Part shown: one piece after another, positions 56,730 to 64,000 of the stretch | Position numbering within the stretch: the first letter of the stretch is position 1 | Layout of the letters: every line of letters begins with the position of its first letter | Source of the DNA: an uncultured Verrucomicrobiae bacterium | GTDB taxonomy: Bacteria > Verrucomicrobiota > Verrucomicrobiia > Limisphaerales > UBA11358 | Length of the DNA: 64,000 nt | Assembly: GCA_963719075.1 (NCBI GenBank) | Contig: CAVRAN010000003.1 | Span: 408,659-472,658 of the forward strand | Reading direction: 5' to 3' | The notes under the pieces: model-generated | Seen by the model: only the letters and a program-made list of their open reading frames with translations | The model's database searches: none | Told to the model about the DNA's origin: nothing | Translations under genes and position numbers: made by a program

Positions 56730-57497
56730 ATGGAAATTCCCTACGCAATACACCCGCAACCGGACACCGGCCTTTACAACGCGAAAGTCGGCATCTGGCT
56801 TTTTCTGGCGTCCGAAGTCATGCTCTTCGGCGGACTTTTTTCCGCCTACGTGCTACTGCGCGTCGGTGCCGACCAATGGCCGCATGGCTGGCTCAATGTC
56901 GAACTGGGCACGCTCAACACGCTCATCCTCGCGCTTTCGGCCATTACGACGTTGCTCGCGTGGGTGGCGTGCAAAGTCGGGCAGTTCGGGAAGTTCAAAT
57001 TTTTTCACGCCTGCACGCTCGCGCTCGCGCTGTCGTTTTTGTGCGTGAAAATGTATGAATATCACGACAAACTCATTCACTACGAAATAAAACTCACCGA
57101 CGGTCGCATTGCCGACGGTCACATGATTGCCAGCGATACGGATTCCGTCACGATTGAAGGCCGTTATGTGGCTGACGAAAAGGATTTATACGATTTACGC
57201 GCACAGAAAAATATTCCGCACGACGAAATTAAAATTCCACGGTCGCAGATCAAATCCATGCAAAATTATGGCCCGTGGCACAATACGTTTCTGGCAATTT
57301 ATTTCACACTTACCGGTCTGCATGCACTGCACATTCTCGGTGGCAGCATCGTCATCGGCTACCTTTGGGGACCGGGCAGCAAGATGTATAAAACCGATCC
57401 CGAACACTTTACCAATCGCATCGAAGTTTCCGGCCTGTTCTGGCACTTCGTGGACTTGGTCTGGATATTTTTGTTCCCGGTCCTATATTTAACCTGA
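56730..57497 (+). CDS. ctaE: Cytochrome c oxidase subunit III (with a ~70-aa soluble insertion)
   Basis: Motifs are FLASEVMLFGGLF, YFTLTGLHALHILGG and FWHFVDLVWIFLF. The insertion HYEIKLTDGRIADGHMIASDTDSVTIEGRYV..IKIPRSQIKSM lies between helices. Confidence 0.9.
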   Translation: MEIPYAIHPQPDTGLYNAKVGIWLFLASEVMLFGGLFSAYVLLRVGADQWPHGWLNVELGTLNTLILALSAITTLLAWVACKVGQFGKFKFFHACTLALALSFLCVKMYEYHDKLIHYEIKLTDGRIADGHMIASDTDSVTIEGRYVADEKDLYDLRAQKNIPHDEIKIPRSQIKSMQNYGPWHNTFLAIYFTLTGLHALHILGGSIVIGYLWGPGSKMYKTDPEHFTNRIEVSGLFWHFVDLVWIFLFPVLYLT

Positions 57498-57504
57498 CGA
57501 ATTT

Positions 57505-57825
57505 ATGAGCGAATCGCATTCAGTTGATTACAAAAGTTATCTACGGCGCTGCCTTTACGTCTTCATAGCCGTGCTTTGCGCGACGGCGTTGATGATTTGG
57601 GTTTCGTATTTGCCGGAACATTACAGTTGGGCGTTGAAAGTGGCGCTCATCCTTGCGGTTGCCTGCGCCAACGCCTTCGTTGTCGCCGGATTTCTCATGC
57701 ACTTGATTTCCGAGAAAAAAATGATCTACACACTGCTCGCGTTTACTGTTTTCTTTTTTGCCGGATTGATGGGCTTGACACTTTATGCCATGCACGATTT
57801 TCCGTCGGGCACCCAAATGCACTGA
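57505..57825 (+). CDS. Cytochrome oxidase subunit IV-like small membrane protein
   Basis: 106 aa with 3 TM helices. Its position after subunit III matches prokaryotic CoxIV/CtaF-type proteins. Confidence 0.6.
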   Translation: MSESHSVDYKSYLRRCLYVFIAVLCATALMIWVSYLPEHYSWALKVALILAVACANAFVVAGFLMHLISEKKMIYTLLAFTVFFFAGLMGLTLYAMHDFPSGTQMH

Positions 57826-58035
57826 ATGTCGTTGAAAGCATTCCATCTTATTTTTGTAACGCTGCTGACGACGCTCTCGTTCGGCTGCGCGGCGTGGGCA
57901 TTCGCGGCCTATGCCGGCGCACAAGGCACAACCAAGGATTTGACCTTCGGTTTGGCTGCGGTCGCGGTTGGAATTCTGGTTATCATTTACGGCATTTATT
58001 TTTTGAAGAAATTGAAAAAAATCAGCTACCTATGA
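57826..58035 (+). CDS. Small membrane protein (2 TM)
   Basis: 69-aa ORF contiguous with neighbouring genes, with start/stop overlaps on both sides. Confidence 0.4.
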   Translation: MSLKAFHLIFVTLLTTLSFGCAAWAFAAYAGAQGTTKDLTFGLAAVAVGILVIIYGIYFLKKLKKISYL

Positions 58036-58295
58036 AATCGTCCCGCAAATTTTTAAAAACAATTTTCACCGCCGCCTTGCTTGCTGTTTCCGCGCCATCT
58101 TCGCTGTTTGCCTGCGCGGCGTGTTACGGCAAATCCGATTCGCCGCTGGCTGGCGCTCTGAACTGGGGGATTTTCACCCTGCTCGGCGTCGTGCTGACAG
58201 TGCTGACCTGTATTGCGGTTTTCTTCGTTCACATCGTGCGTAAAGAATCGGATTCGGTGAACGCCAATCCACCATCAGAAGAAATCAAGTCATGA
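58032..58295 (+). CDS. Small secreted/membrane protein with a CAACYG motif
   Basis: The ATG at 58032 gives 87 aa: a signal-like N-terminus (LLAVSAPSSLFACAACYG) plus one TM. It is the only plausible part of listed ORF 57576-58295. Confidence 0.4.
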   Translation: MKSSRKFLKTIFTAALLAVSAPSSLFACAACYGKSDSPLAGALNWGIFTLLGVVLTVLTCIAVFFVHIVRKESDSVNANPPSEEIKS

Positions 58296-59056
58296 AAGAA
58301 TGGTTTAGCAAACTGCTGGGAATGCCGCCGCTGGCCTCGTCCAACGGTCAGGACGTTGACGATCTTATCATTTACGTTCACTGGCTGATGATTGCGCTGT
58401 TCGTCGGCTGGATCATTTATTTTTTCTATGCGCTTTATCGTTTTAACAGCGCGCGCAATCCAAAAGCTGATTATCACGGCGTCCGCAACCACGCCTCAAG
58501 CTACATCGAACTCGCCGTCGCCGCCGTTGAAGCCGTGCTGTTGATTTTCATTGCCGTGCCGTTATGGGCAAAAGCGGTGGACAAATTTCCGTCCGCGAGC
58601 GAATCCACCGTCATTCAAATCGTCGCGCAACAATTTGCTTGGAACGTGCGCTACGCCGGACCGGACGGAATTTTCGGCAGGCAGGACATGAAATTTGTCG
58701 CCTCCGACAATGTTTTTGGCGTTGACCCGAGCGACCCTCACGGCAAGGACGACATTCAAGTGCTCAATGAAGTTCATGTGCCCGTCGGCAAGCCCGTTAT
58801 CATTTACCTGAGCTCGAAGGATGTGATTCATTCGCTGAAAATCATTGCCATGCGCGTCTGCCAGGACGCCATTCCCGGGCTGCGCATCCCTCTTTGGTTC
58901 ACACCAACCAAGGAAGGTCGTTATCAAATTAACTGCGCGCAACTCTGCGGCAACGGTCACGCCGCCATGACTCATGGCTACCTCATCGTCGAAAGTCAGG
59001 CAGACTTTGACAAATGGATTGCCTCCAAGAGCGGCGCAGCCACCAGTTTTGAATAA
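58292..59056 (+). CDS. coxB: Cytochrome c oxidase subunit II (CuA domain, no fused cytochrome c)
   Basis: It has two N-terminal TM helices. The CuA ligands are DVIHSLKI and CAQLCGNGHAAM. Confidence 0.9.
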   Translation: MKEWFSKLLGMPPLASSNGQDVDDLIIYVHWLMIALFVGWIIYFFYALYRFNSARNPKADYHGVRNHASSYIELAVAAVEAVLLIFIAVPLWAKAVDKFPSASESTVIQIVAQQFAWNVRYAGPDGIFGRQDMKFVASDNVFGVDPSDPHGKDDIQVLNEVHVPVGKPVIIYLSSKDVIHSLKIIAMRVCQDAIPGLRIPLWFTPTKEGRYQINCAQLCGNGHAAMTHGYLIVESQADFDKWIASKSGAATSFE

Positions 59057-59067
59057 CGGAGACGGCG

Positions 59068-59733
59068 TTGTGGCTTATGTCTGAATCTCCACAACAAGTG
59101 CCGCGGACACTTTGGATCGGCATCAGTTTTCTCTTCGGTTTGCTCGGCGTAATTTATTTGGTCTCTCTTTTGCAAATGAGCCGCGCCCGTGAACAACCGT
59201 TGCTCGTCATTGGCCTGGTCGCCGATTTTACCCTGACCAATCAGGACAGCCAAGTCACCACGCTTGCGGATTTGACCAATCATGTCTGGGTCGGCGATAT
59301 CATTTTCACCCGCTGTGCCGGTCCCTGCCCAATCATGACCGCGCAAATGAAATCGCTTCAAGACGCGCTGCCGCAATCCAGCGACGCAAAACTCGTGACG
59401 TTGACGACCGACCCCGATTTCGACACGCCGCCCATAATGAAAAAATACGGTGAACGCTTCGGCGCGGATTTCAACCGCTGGACGTTTCTGACCGGAACGA
59501 AAGCACAAATCGGCGCGCTCGCGACTGGTAGTCTGAAATTAAGCGCCGTGCCCGTGAAACCCGGGGAACAAACAAATTCAGTGGACTTGTTCGTTCACAG
59601 CACGATTTTCGTGGTCGTGGACAAACAGGCGCAACTGCGCGGCGTGTTTGAAACCGAAGGCGAAGGCGTTGATTGGACAAGTGTCAAGCCGCGTATTGTC
59701 ACCGCTGTCCGTAAACTCGAACGCGAGCCATGA
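59068..59733 (+). CDS. SCO1/SenC copper chaperone
   Basis: Thioredoxin-fold CxxxC motif FTRCAGPCP plus a conserved His region (LFVHST). The ATG at 59077 is an alternative start. Confidence 0.85.
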   Translation: MWLMSESPQQVPRTLWIGISFLFGLLGVIYLVSLLQMSRAREQPLLVIGLVADFTLTNQDSQVTTLADLTNHVWVGDIIFTRCAGPCPIMTAQMKSLQDALPQSSDAKLVTLTTDPDFDTPPIMKKYGERFGADFNRWTFLTGTKAQIGALATGSLKLSAVPVKPGEQTNSVDLFVHSTIFVVVDKQAQLRGVFETEGEGVDWTSVKPRIVTAVRKLEREP

Positions 59734-60176
59734 GTATCCACGATTTGCCTGCCGTCAACGCCTCGCTCAACGGCCTCAGCGCAATTTTCCTCACCGCCGG
59801 ATTTATTTTCATCAAACGCGGAAATAAAATTGCCCACCGCAACTGCATGATTGCGGCGTTCTGCACTTCGGTTGTTTTTCTTGGCTGTTATCTGACTTAT
59901 CACGGCTATCTCGCCGTTGTTTTGCATCGCGGCCCGACCCGATTTCTGAATCCACAGTGGTTTCGTCCGATTTACCTGACGATTTTGCTGACGCACACCA
60001 TTTTAGCCGTTGTCATTGTGCCCATGATTTTGATCACGCTGAACCGCGCGCGCTTGCAACGTTTCGAGCTTCACAAAAAAATCGCGCGCTGGACGTGGCC
60101 GTTGTGGATGTATGTTTCCGTGACCGGCGTCATCGTTTATCTTTTGCTCTACCGGATTTTTCCGCAGACGCAATGA
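59730..60176 (+). CDS. DUF420 membrane protein (oxidase-cluster associated)
   Basis: 148 aa. LPAVNASLNGLSAIFLTAGFIFIK..HR..M is typical of DUF420. Confidence 0.8.
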   Translation: MSIHDLPAVNASLNGLSAIFLTAGFIFIKRGNKIAHRNCMIAAFCTSVVFLGCYLTYHGYLAVVLHRGPTRFLNPQWFRPIYLTILLTHTILAVVIVPMILITLNRARLQRFELHKKIARWTWPLWMYVSVTGVIVYLLLYRIFPQTQ

Positions 60177-60394
60177 AGCAAAATTGGAAACCGATGCGAA
60201 GACCCAAGGGCAAAATCGTTGTTAAACCTAATGCCGAAAAAAACATTCGCGTCGCTGCGTCCGGAAACATTTCCGGCGAACATTGGCGGTTTTGTTTGCA
60301 ATGCGGGCATGAGTTGATCAACGAGAAATGCAAGCTTCGTTGTCCACGTTGCCATTACTTCATGAGCTGTTCGGATTTCGACTTCGCCGGGTGA
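60173..60394 (+). CDS. Small zinc-ribbon protein
   Basis: The ATG at 60173 overlaps the DUF420 stop. The 73-aa product carries CLQCGH..CKLRCPRCH. Confidence 0.4.
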   Translation: MKQNWKPMRRPKGKIVVKPNAEKNIRVAASGNISGEHWRFCLQCGHELINEKCKLRCPRCHYFMSCSDFDFAG

Positions 60395-60529
60395 TTTTTC
60401 CTCCTCGTTCTCGTCCTCGTCCTCGATAAATTTAATTCGATTACGAGGACAAGGAGGAAGATTTTGTTCGAGCGAAATAAATTTTCTTCGTGTTCATCCG
60501 TGTCCATTCGTGGTTAAATTCTCGCGCCC

Positions 60530-61117
60530 ATGAACGAATGGAACATCCAGTCCCGCGCCCACGCCTGCGAAGCCTGCGGCAAAAATTTTGCCGACCGTGA
60601 AATTTTTCACACGCTGCTCTTCGACGAGCGCGCCGAGGATTTGCGCCGCTCCGACATCTGCGAGGCGTGCTGGCAGAACCAGTTCAGCGACGGCGCGCGC
60701 GAACGCAAGGGTTTCATCTCGCACTGGCAGGGGATTTACGAAGCGCCCGCGCCGCAGGTGGACGCGATCCAGAAAGACACGGCGGAAACCGTGTTGCGCA
60801 AATTGATCGAACAAAATGATCCGCGCCATGCCGCCGCCGGTTACATCCTCGCCGTGATGCTCGAACGCAAGCGCATCCTCAAGGTGAAGGAACAGATCGT
60901 CCGCGACGGCCAGCGCGTGTTCATCTACGAGCAGCCGAAGACCGGCGACATCTTCACCATCGCCGACCCGAACCTGCGGCTGGATCAACTCGAAGAAGTC
61001 CAGCGCGACGTGGCGATGCTGCTGGAACAGGGAGTGAATCCGGCGGCGCAAAATGAAAATGTGTCGAATGCGATTGCGCAAACTGTCGTTGCTGAAATGA
61101 ATTCATCGGTGGAATAA
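60530..61117 (+). CDS. Conserved hypothetical protein with an N-terminal CxxC..CxxC motif
   Basis: 195 aa with CEACGKNF..CEACW. Codon usage looks like the core genes. Confidence 0.5.
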   Translation: MNEWNIQSRAHACEACGKNFADREIFHTLLFDERAEDLRRSDICEACWQNQFSDGARERKGFISHWQGIYEAPAPQVDAIQKDTAETVLRKLIEQNDPRHAAAGYILAVMLERKRILKVKEQIVRDGQRVFIYEQPKTGDIFTIADPNLRLDQLEEVQRDVAMLLEQGVNPAAQNENVSNAIAQTVVAEMNSSVE

Positions 61118-61141
61118 TTTTTTTGAAGGAGAAATATAATT

Positions 61142-61543
61142 ATGAATGGCCTAACCGTGAATGAAGCTCACGCAACTATGTTTGCCTTTCTTGAAAGGCG
61201 GTATAATCGGACAAAAGCAGATGACGTTGGCAATATGCTTGGCGATATGTCCTTGCTTCCAGACGGCGGCACGGCAGACCCAGCGATATGGGGAGACTGG
61301 CTGAAATGCGTTAAGGAGATTAAGCCGGATTCTGAAAATAAAATAACTGTAACTGAGGCTTTTGCGGCAATGCGTCTCTTTGTCGTAAAGATTTATAGCT
61401 GGACGCAGATTGCCGCTGAATTTAGCAAAATTTCCTTTTCGTCAAGCGGTGAACCGATGGACAAAACTTACTGGCCTGAATGGCTGGAATGTGTTGAAGC
61501 AGCCCAAAAAGGCAATGTAGATTTGCGGTTGCATTTGAAATAA
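61142..61543 (+). CDS. Hypothetical protein with an internal two-fold repeat
   Basis: The two ~60-aa repeats are LTVNEAHATMFAFLERRY..DPAIWGDWLKCV and ITVTEAFAAMRLFVVKIY..DKTYWPEWLECV. The gene is AT-rich. Confidence 0.45.
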   Translation: MNGLTVNEAHATMFAFLERRYNRTKADDVGNMLGDMSLLPDGGTADPAIWGDWLKCVKEIKPDSENKITVTEAFAAMRLFVVKIYSWTQIAAEFSKISFSSSGEPMDKTYWPEWLECVEAAQKGNVDLRLHLK

Positions 61544-61550
61544 AATTTCT

Positions 61551-62246
61551 GTGTCTGCATTTTCCGCACTTCAAAAACGTCTCGCATATAATTTTCGCGA
61601 CGAAAATCTTTTGCGCCTCGCGCTCACGCATCCGTCCGTCGCGCACGAAAGCGGCGTGGCGAGCGAACACAATCAACGGCTGGAATTTCTCGGCGACGCC
61701 GTGCTGCAACTCGTCCTCACGCAAAAGCTCTACGAAAAATTTCCCGCGTTCGATGAAGGTGTGCTGACCAAGGCGCGCGCCAAACTCGTCAATCGCGGCA
61801 CGCTGGCCGAACACGCCCGCGCGCTCGACCTCGGCGCGCATCTGATCTTGAGTCGCGGCGAGGAAACCAGCGGCGGACGCGAACGCGCCTCGGCCTTGGC
61901 AGACACGTTTGAGTCGCTGCTCGGCGCGATTTTTTTGGACGGCGGCTTTGACGCGGCGCGCGAATTTATCTTGCGCGAGTTCGAAAATGATTTTTCCGCG
62001 CTGACAGAAATTTCAGGAATTGAAAATCCAAAAGGCGAGTTGCAGGAACTGTTGCAATCGCGTTCGCCGAACGCGCCGGAATATCAAACCGTTTCCGCCA
62101 CCGGCCCGGATCACGACCGCGTGTTTGAATGCATCGTGCAGCACGAAGGCGTCGAACTCGCGCGCGGTCGCGGCAAAAGCAAAAAAGCCGCCGAGAGCGA
62201 GGCGGCTCTGGCGGCTTTGAAAAGATTGCGGGAAGAATTGAAATAA
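61551..62246 (+). CDS. rnc: Ribonuclease III
   Basis: GTG start. The signature is NQRLEFLGDAVLQLV. The C-terminal dsRBD carries GRGKSKKAAESEAA. Confidence 0.92.
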   Translation: MSAFSALQKRLAYNFRDENLLRLALTHPSVAHESGVASEHNQRLEFLGDAVLQLVLTQKLYEKFPAFDEGVLTKARAKLVNRGTLAEHARALDLGAHLILSRGEETSGGRERASALADTFESLLGAIFLDGGFDAAREFILREFENDFSALTEISGIENPKGELQELLQSRSPNAPEYQTVSATGPDHDRVFECIVQHEGVELARGRGKSKKAAESEAALAALKRLREELK

Positions 62247-62275
62247 GAATCAAAACCTGAATAATTCAACCAAGT

Positions 62276-62704
62276 ATGAAGCGTCGAATACTTTTAATTT
62301 CTGTTGTCTGTATTCTCATTGCTCTTGGATGGTTCATTTTCTTTGGCGTTGGGCAATTGCGACATTTTGTAGAGTCACAGAATTGCGGAAATCAAATGGT
62401 GGCAATTTGTTATGCTGCGCGTGTTTGGGCTGGAGATCATGATGGTCATTACCCGTCGGACTTTACTTCAATGTCGAATGAACTTGGCACGACAAGAATT
62501 TTGATTTGTCCAAGTGATAAATTGAGAGTTCCGGCAAAAGATTGGACAAGTCTAACATCAAGCAATTCGAGTTATGAAATTATTACACCGGGTATAACAC
62601 TAACCAATTTTGATACGCCGTTTCTCCGATGCAAGGTTGATGGTCAACTCGGTTATTGTGACGGAACTTTTTTTGACGGAAAGCGACGGCGGACGAAATG
62701 GTAA
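62276..62704 (+). CDS. Hypothetical membrane-anchored protein (pseudopilin/DUF1559-like C-terminal pattern)
   Basis: It has an N-terminal TM. CGNQMVAICYAARVWAGDHDGHYP..ILICPSD resembles PVC prepilin-like proteins. The gene is AT-rich. Confidence 0.4.
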   Translation: MKRRILLISVVCILIALGWFIFFGVGQLRHFVESQNCGNQMVAICYAARVWAGDHDGHYPSDFTSMSNELGTTRILICPSDKLRVPAKDWTSLTSSNSSYEIITPGITLTNFDTPFLRCKVDGQLGYCDGTFFDGKRRRTKW

Positions 62705-62716
62705 TTTTCCAAAAAC

Positions 62717-63193
62717 TTACGCCCGATTCTTGAGCAAGTCACGGATTTCAGTCAGGAGTTTTTCCTGCGCGGTCGGTTCGGGCGGCAATGTTGGCTTTGC
62801 CTGTTCATGGCGCTTGAGCGCGTTCATGCCTTTCACCAGCAGAAAAATACAAAACGCCACGATGAGAAAATTCAGCGTGATGGTCACGAAATCGCCCCAC
62901 GCGAGCACCGGGCCGGCTGCTTGCGCCAGATTCAGCGGCATATGCTGGCCGGTGGTCGCCGGAGCGGCCTCGTAAGCTGCCTGTACCTGCCGGACTTTTT
63001 CGGACAACGGAAAGTAAAGGTTGGTGAAATCAATGTTGCCCACGAGCCCGGCAATGGGCGGCATGATGATGTCCGAAACGAGCGCGGTGACAATTTTTCC
63101 AAACGCCGCGCCGATGATGACGCCGACGGCTAGGTCGGCTACGTTGCCGCGCAGCGCGAACTCTTTAAACTCTTCCAGAATGGGTATTTTCAT
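62717..63193 (-). CDS. mscL: Large-conductance mechanosensitive channel
   Basis: From the ATG at 63193 the product is [48 protein letters not shown].., a canonical MscL N-terminus. Confidence 0.9.
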   Translation of the reverse strand: [158 protein letters not shown]

Positions 63194-63275
63194 ATTGTCC
63201 TTTTCTAAATTGTGAAAACCGTAGCAAAAAGATTTCGCATAGGAAATTGAAATTGCAACGGCGTGAGTTTTTATT

Positions 63276-63327
63276 TGTAGCGGCGCTCTATGAGCGCCGT
63301 TTTCGACGGTCACAGACCGCCGCTACA
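63276..63327. repeat. Nested palindromic element between the IscU-like gene and mscL
   Basis: The outer arms are TGTAGCGGCG (63276-63285) and CGCCGCTACA (63318-63327). The inner hairpin is GGCGCTC-TAT-GAGCGCC (63282-63298). Confidence 0.7.
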
Positions 63328-63330
63328 GCT

Positions 63331-63822
63331 CTACCGCTTTTCCTCGTCCAAGAAAGTCAGCTTCACGCTGTCCTTCGGCTTGGAAAAACTGTCGAGCAGA
63401 TTTGAACCGGAACTTGGCGCGGAAGATTTTTCCTTTTTCGTTTCCGCATTTTGCGGTTCCAGCGCGGAACGCAGCGCGCCTTCGACAAGTTGCGCGCAAT
63501 GGATTTTCATCGGCGGCAGCGGGCCGAGTTCGCCGGCGAGTTCCTCGGTCTTGAGCGCGAGCGCTTCCTCGGCGGTCTTGCCGCGGATCAATTCCGTCGC
63601 GAGGCTGGCGACGGCGATGGCGGTTTCGCAGCCGAAGGATTGGAACGTGGCGCGGTCAATGACGCGTTTGCCGTCCTGCTGCTTGAACTTCACCCACAGC
63701 CGCAGCATCTCGCCGCAATCGGCGTTGCCCACCGTGCCGATGGAATCCGCGCCCGCCATCTCGCCCATGTTCTGCGGATTGGCGAGCGCGGCTTGAATGC
63801 GTTTTTGTAAATCTTCAGTCAT
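63331..63822 (-). CDS. IscU/NifU-like Fe-S cluster scaffold protein
   Basis: GNADCGEMLRLWV.., FQSFGCETAIAVAS and KIHCAQLVEGAL supply the three conserved Cys. An extra ~40-aa C-terminal tail is present. Confidence 0.85.
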   Translation of the reverse strand: MTEDLQKRIQAALANPQNMGEMAGADSIGTVGNADCGEMLRLWVKFKQQDGKRVIDRATFQSFGCETAIAVASLATELIRGKTAEEALALKTEELAGELGPLPPMKIHCAQLVEGALRSALEPQNAETKKEKSSAPSSGSNLLDSFSKPKDSVKLTFLDEEKR

Positions 63823-63831
63823 TTTCGAAAA

Positions 63832-64000
63832 TCAAAACGGCTTTGTTGCGGCGGGAACTGATGGACTTGCGGCTTTCGCCTGCCGAAGCTTAAATTCTTC
63901 GTATTTGGCTGACAAAACGTAAACGTAATCACAAATAGCAATAGTGAAGTCGAGTAAATCACTCGCATCCTCACGAGTAATTTCTTCATCAGTAACATGC
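63832..64000 (-). CDS. Hypothetical protein, partial (5' end outside the window)
   Basis: The open minus-strand frame ends ..HVTDEEITREDASDLLDFTIAICDYVYVLSAKYEEFKLRQAKAASPSVPAATKPF* with its stop at 63832-63834. It may be DUF4145-like. Confidence 0.3.
   Translation of the reverse strand, partial: HVTDEEITREDASDLLDFTIAICDYVYVLSAKYEEFKLRQAKAASPSVPAATKPF

Noticed and set aside
57576-58031. N-terminal 152 codons of the listed 239-aa ORF 57576-58295
   Set aside because: This part overlaps the CoxIV-like and 69-aa membrane ORFs in another frame. Only the last 87 codons, from the ATG at 58032, look like a real small membrane protein.
60395-60475. TCCTCG tandem run and hairpin as a terminator after the zinc-ribbon ORF
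   Set aside because: Only a 7-bp stem (GTCCTCG/CGAGGAC) with an 18-nt loop forms cleanly, and there is no T-tract. This is too weak to call.
60494-61081. 195-aa minus-strand ORF
   Set aside because: It is the mirror image of the plus-strand 60530-61117 ORF. The plus frame has CxxC motifs and a sensible composition.
1-64000. CRISPR arrays, rRNA genes, additional tRNAs
   Set aside because: No regularly spaced direct repeats, rRNA-like segments or other cloverleaf candidates were noticed on either strand. The search was by eye only, so small RNAs could have been missed.

Overview
The window is a bacterial chromosomal segment. It is probably from the PVC superphylum and Verrucomicrobiota-like. 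That taxonomic guess is inference from gene content: an exosortase/PEP-CTERM system, prepilin-like small proteins, and an aa3 oxidase cluster headed by a cupredoxin. Nothing was computed; all motifs and repeats were read by eye and coordinates were cross-checked against the ORF track.

The window has three parts.

(1) 1-1841 is a housekeeping flank with holB (partial) and a GH26 lipoprotein.

(2) 1892-43087 is a ~41.2-kb island integrated into tRNA-Leu(CAA). It is bounded by a perfect 25-bp direct repeat, with a tyrosine integrase and an Xis-like HTH at the tRNA-proximal end.
- Its cargo is a complete exosortase-EpsI / PEP-CTERM / Wzx-Wzy-type exopolysaccharide locus (12.0-40.5 kb).
- It also carries pqiAB, hipBA, an LLM oxidoreductase, remnants of three IS families (an intact IS5 with a target-site duplication, a 5'-truncated IS1595, and an IS66 C-terminal remnant), and a zone of gene fragments.

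(3) 43250-64000 is core genome: hisF, a frameshifted lptD-like gene, a histidine kinase, ribBA and ribH, a cupredoxin-ctaA-ctaB-ctaD-ctaE-coxIV-coxB-SCO1-DUF420 oxidase cluster, rnc, mscL and an IscU/NifU-like gene. Short AT-rich orphan genes are interspersed among these.

The most notable observations:
- An island-borne exosortase/EPS system with intact att sites and paired decamer arm-type repeats.
- A 29-bp inverted-repeat pair that brackets the EPS locus.
- An iteron-like non-coding block between int and xis.
- A triplicated 5' end of ribH that brackets two toxin-antitoxin cassettes inserted between ribBA and ribH.

No rRNA genes or CRISPR arrays were seen.
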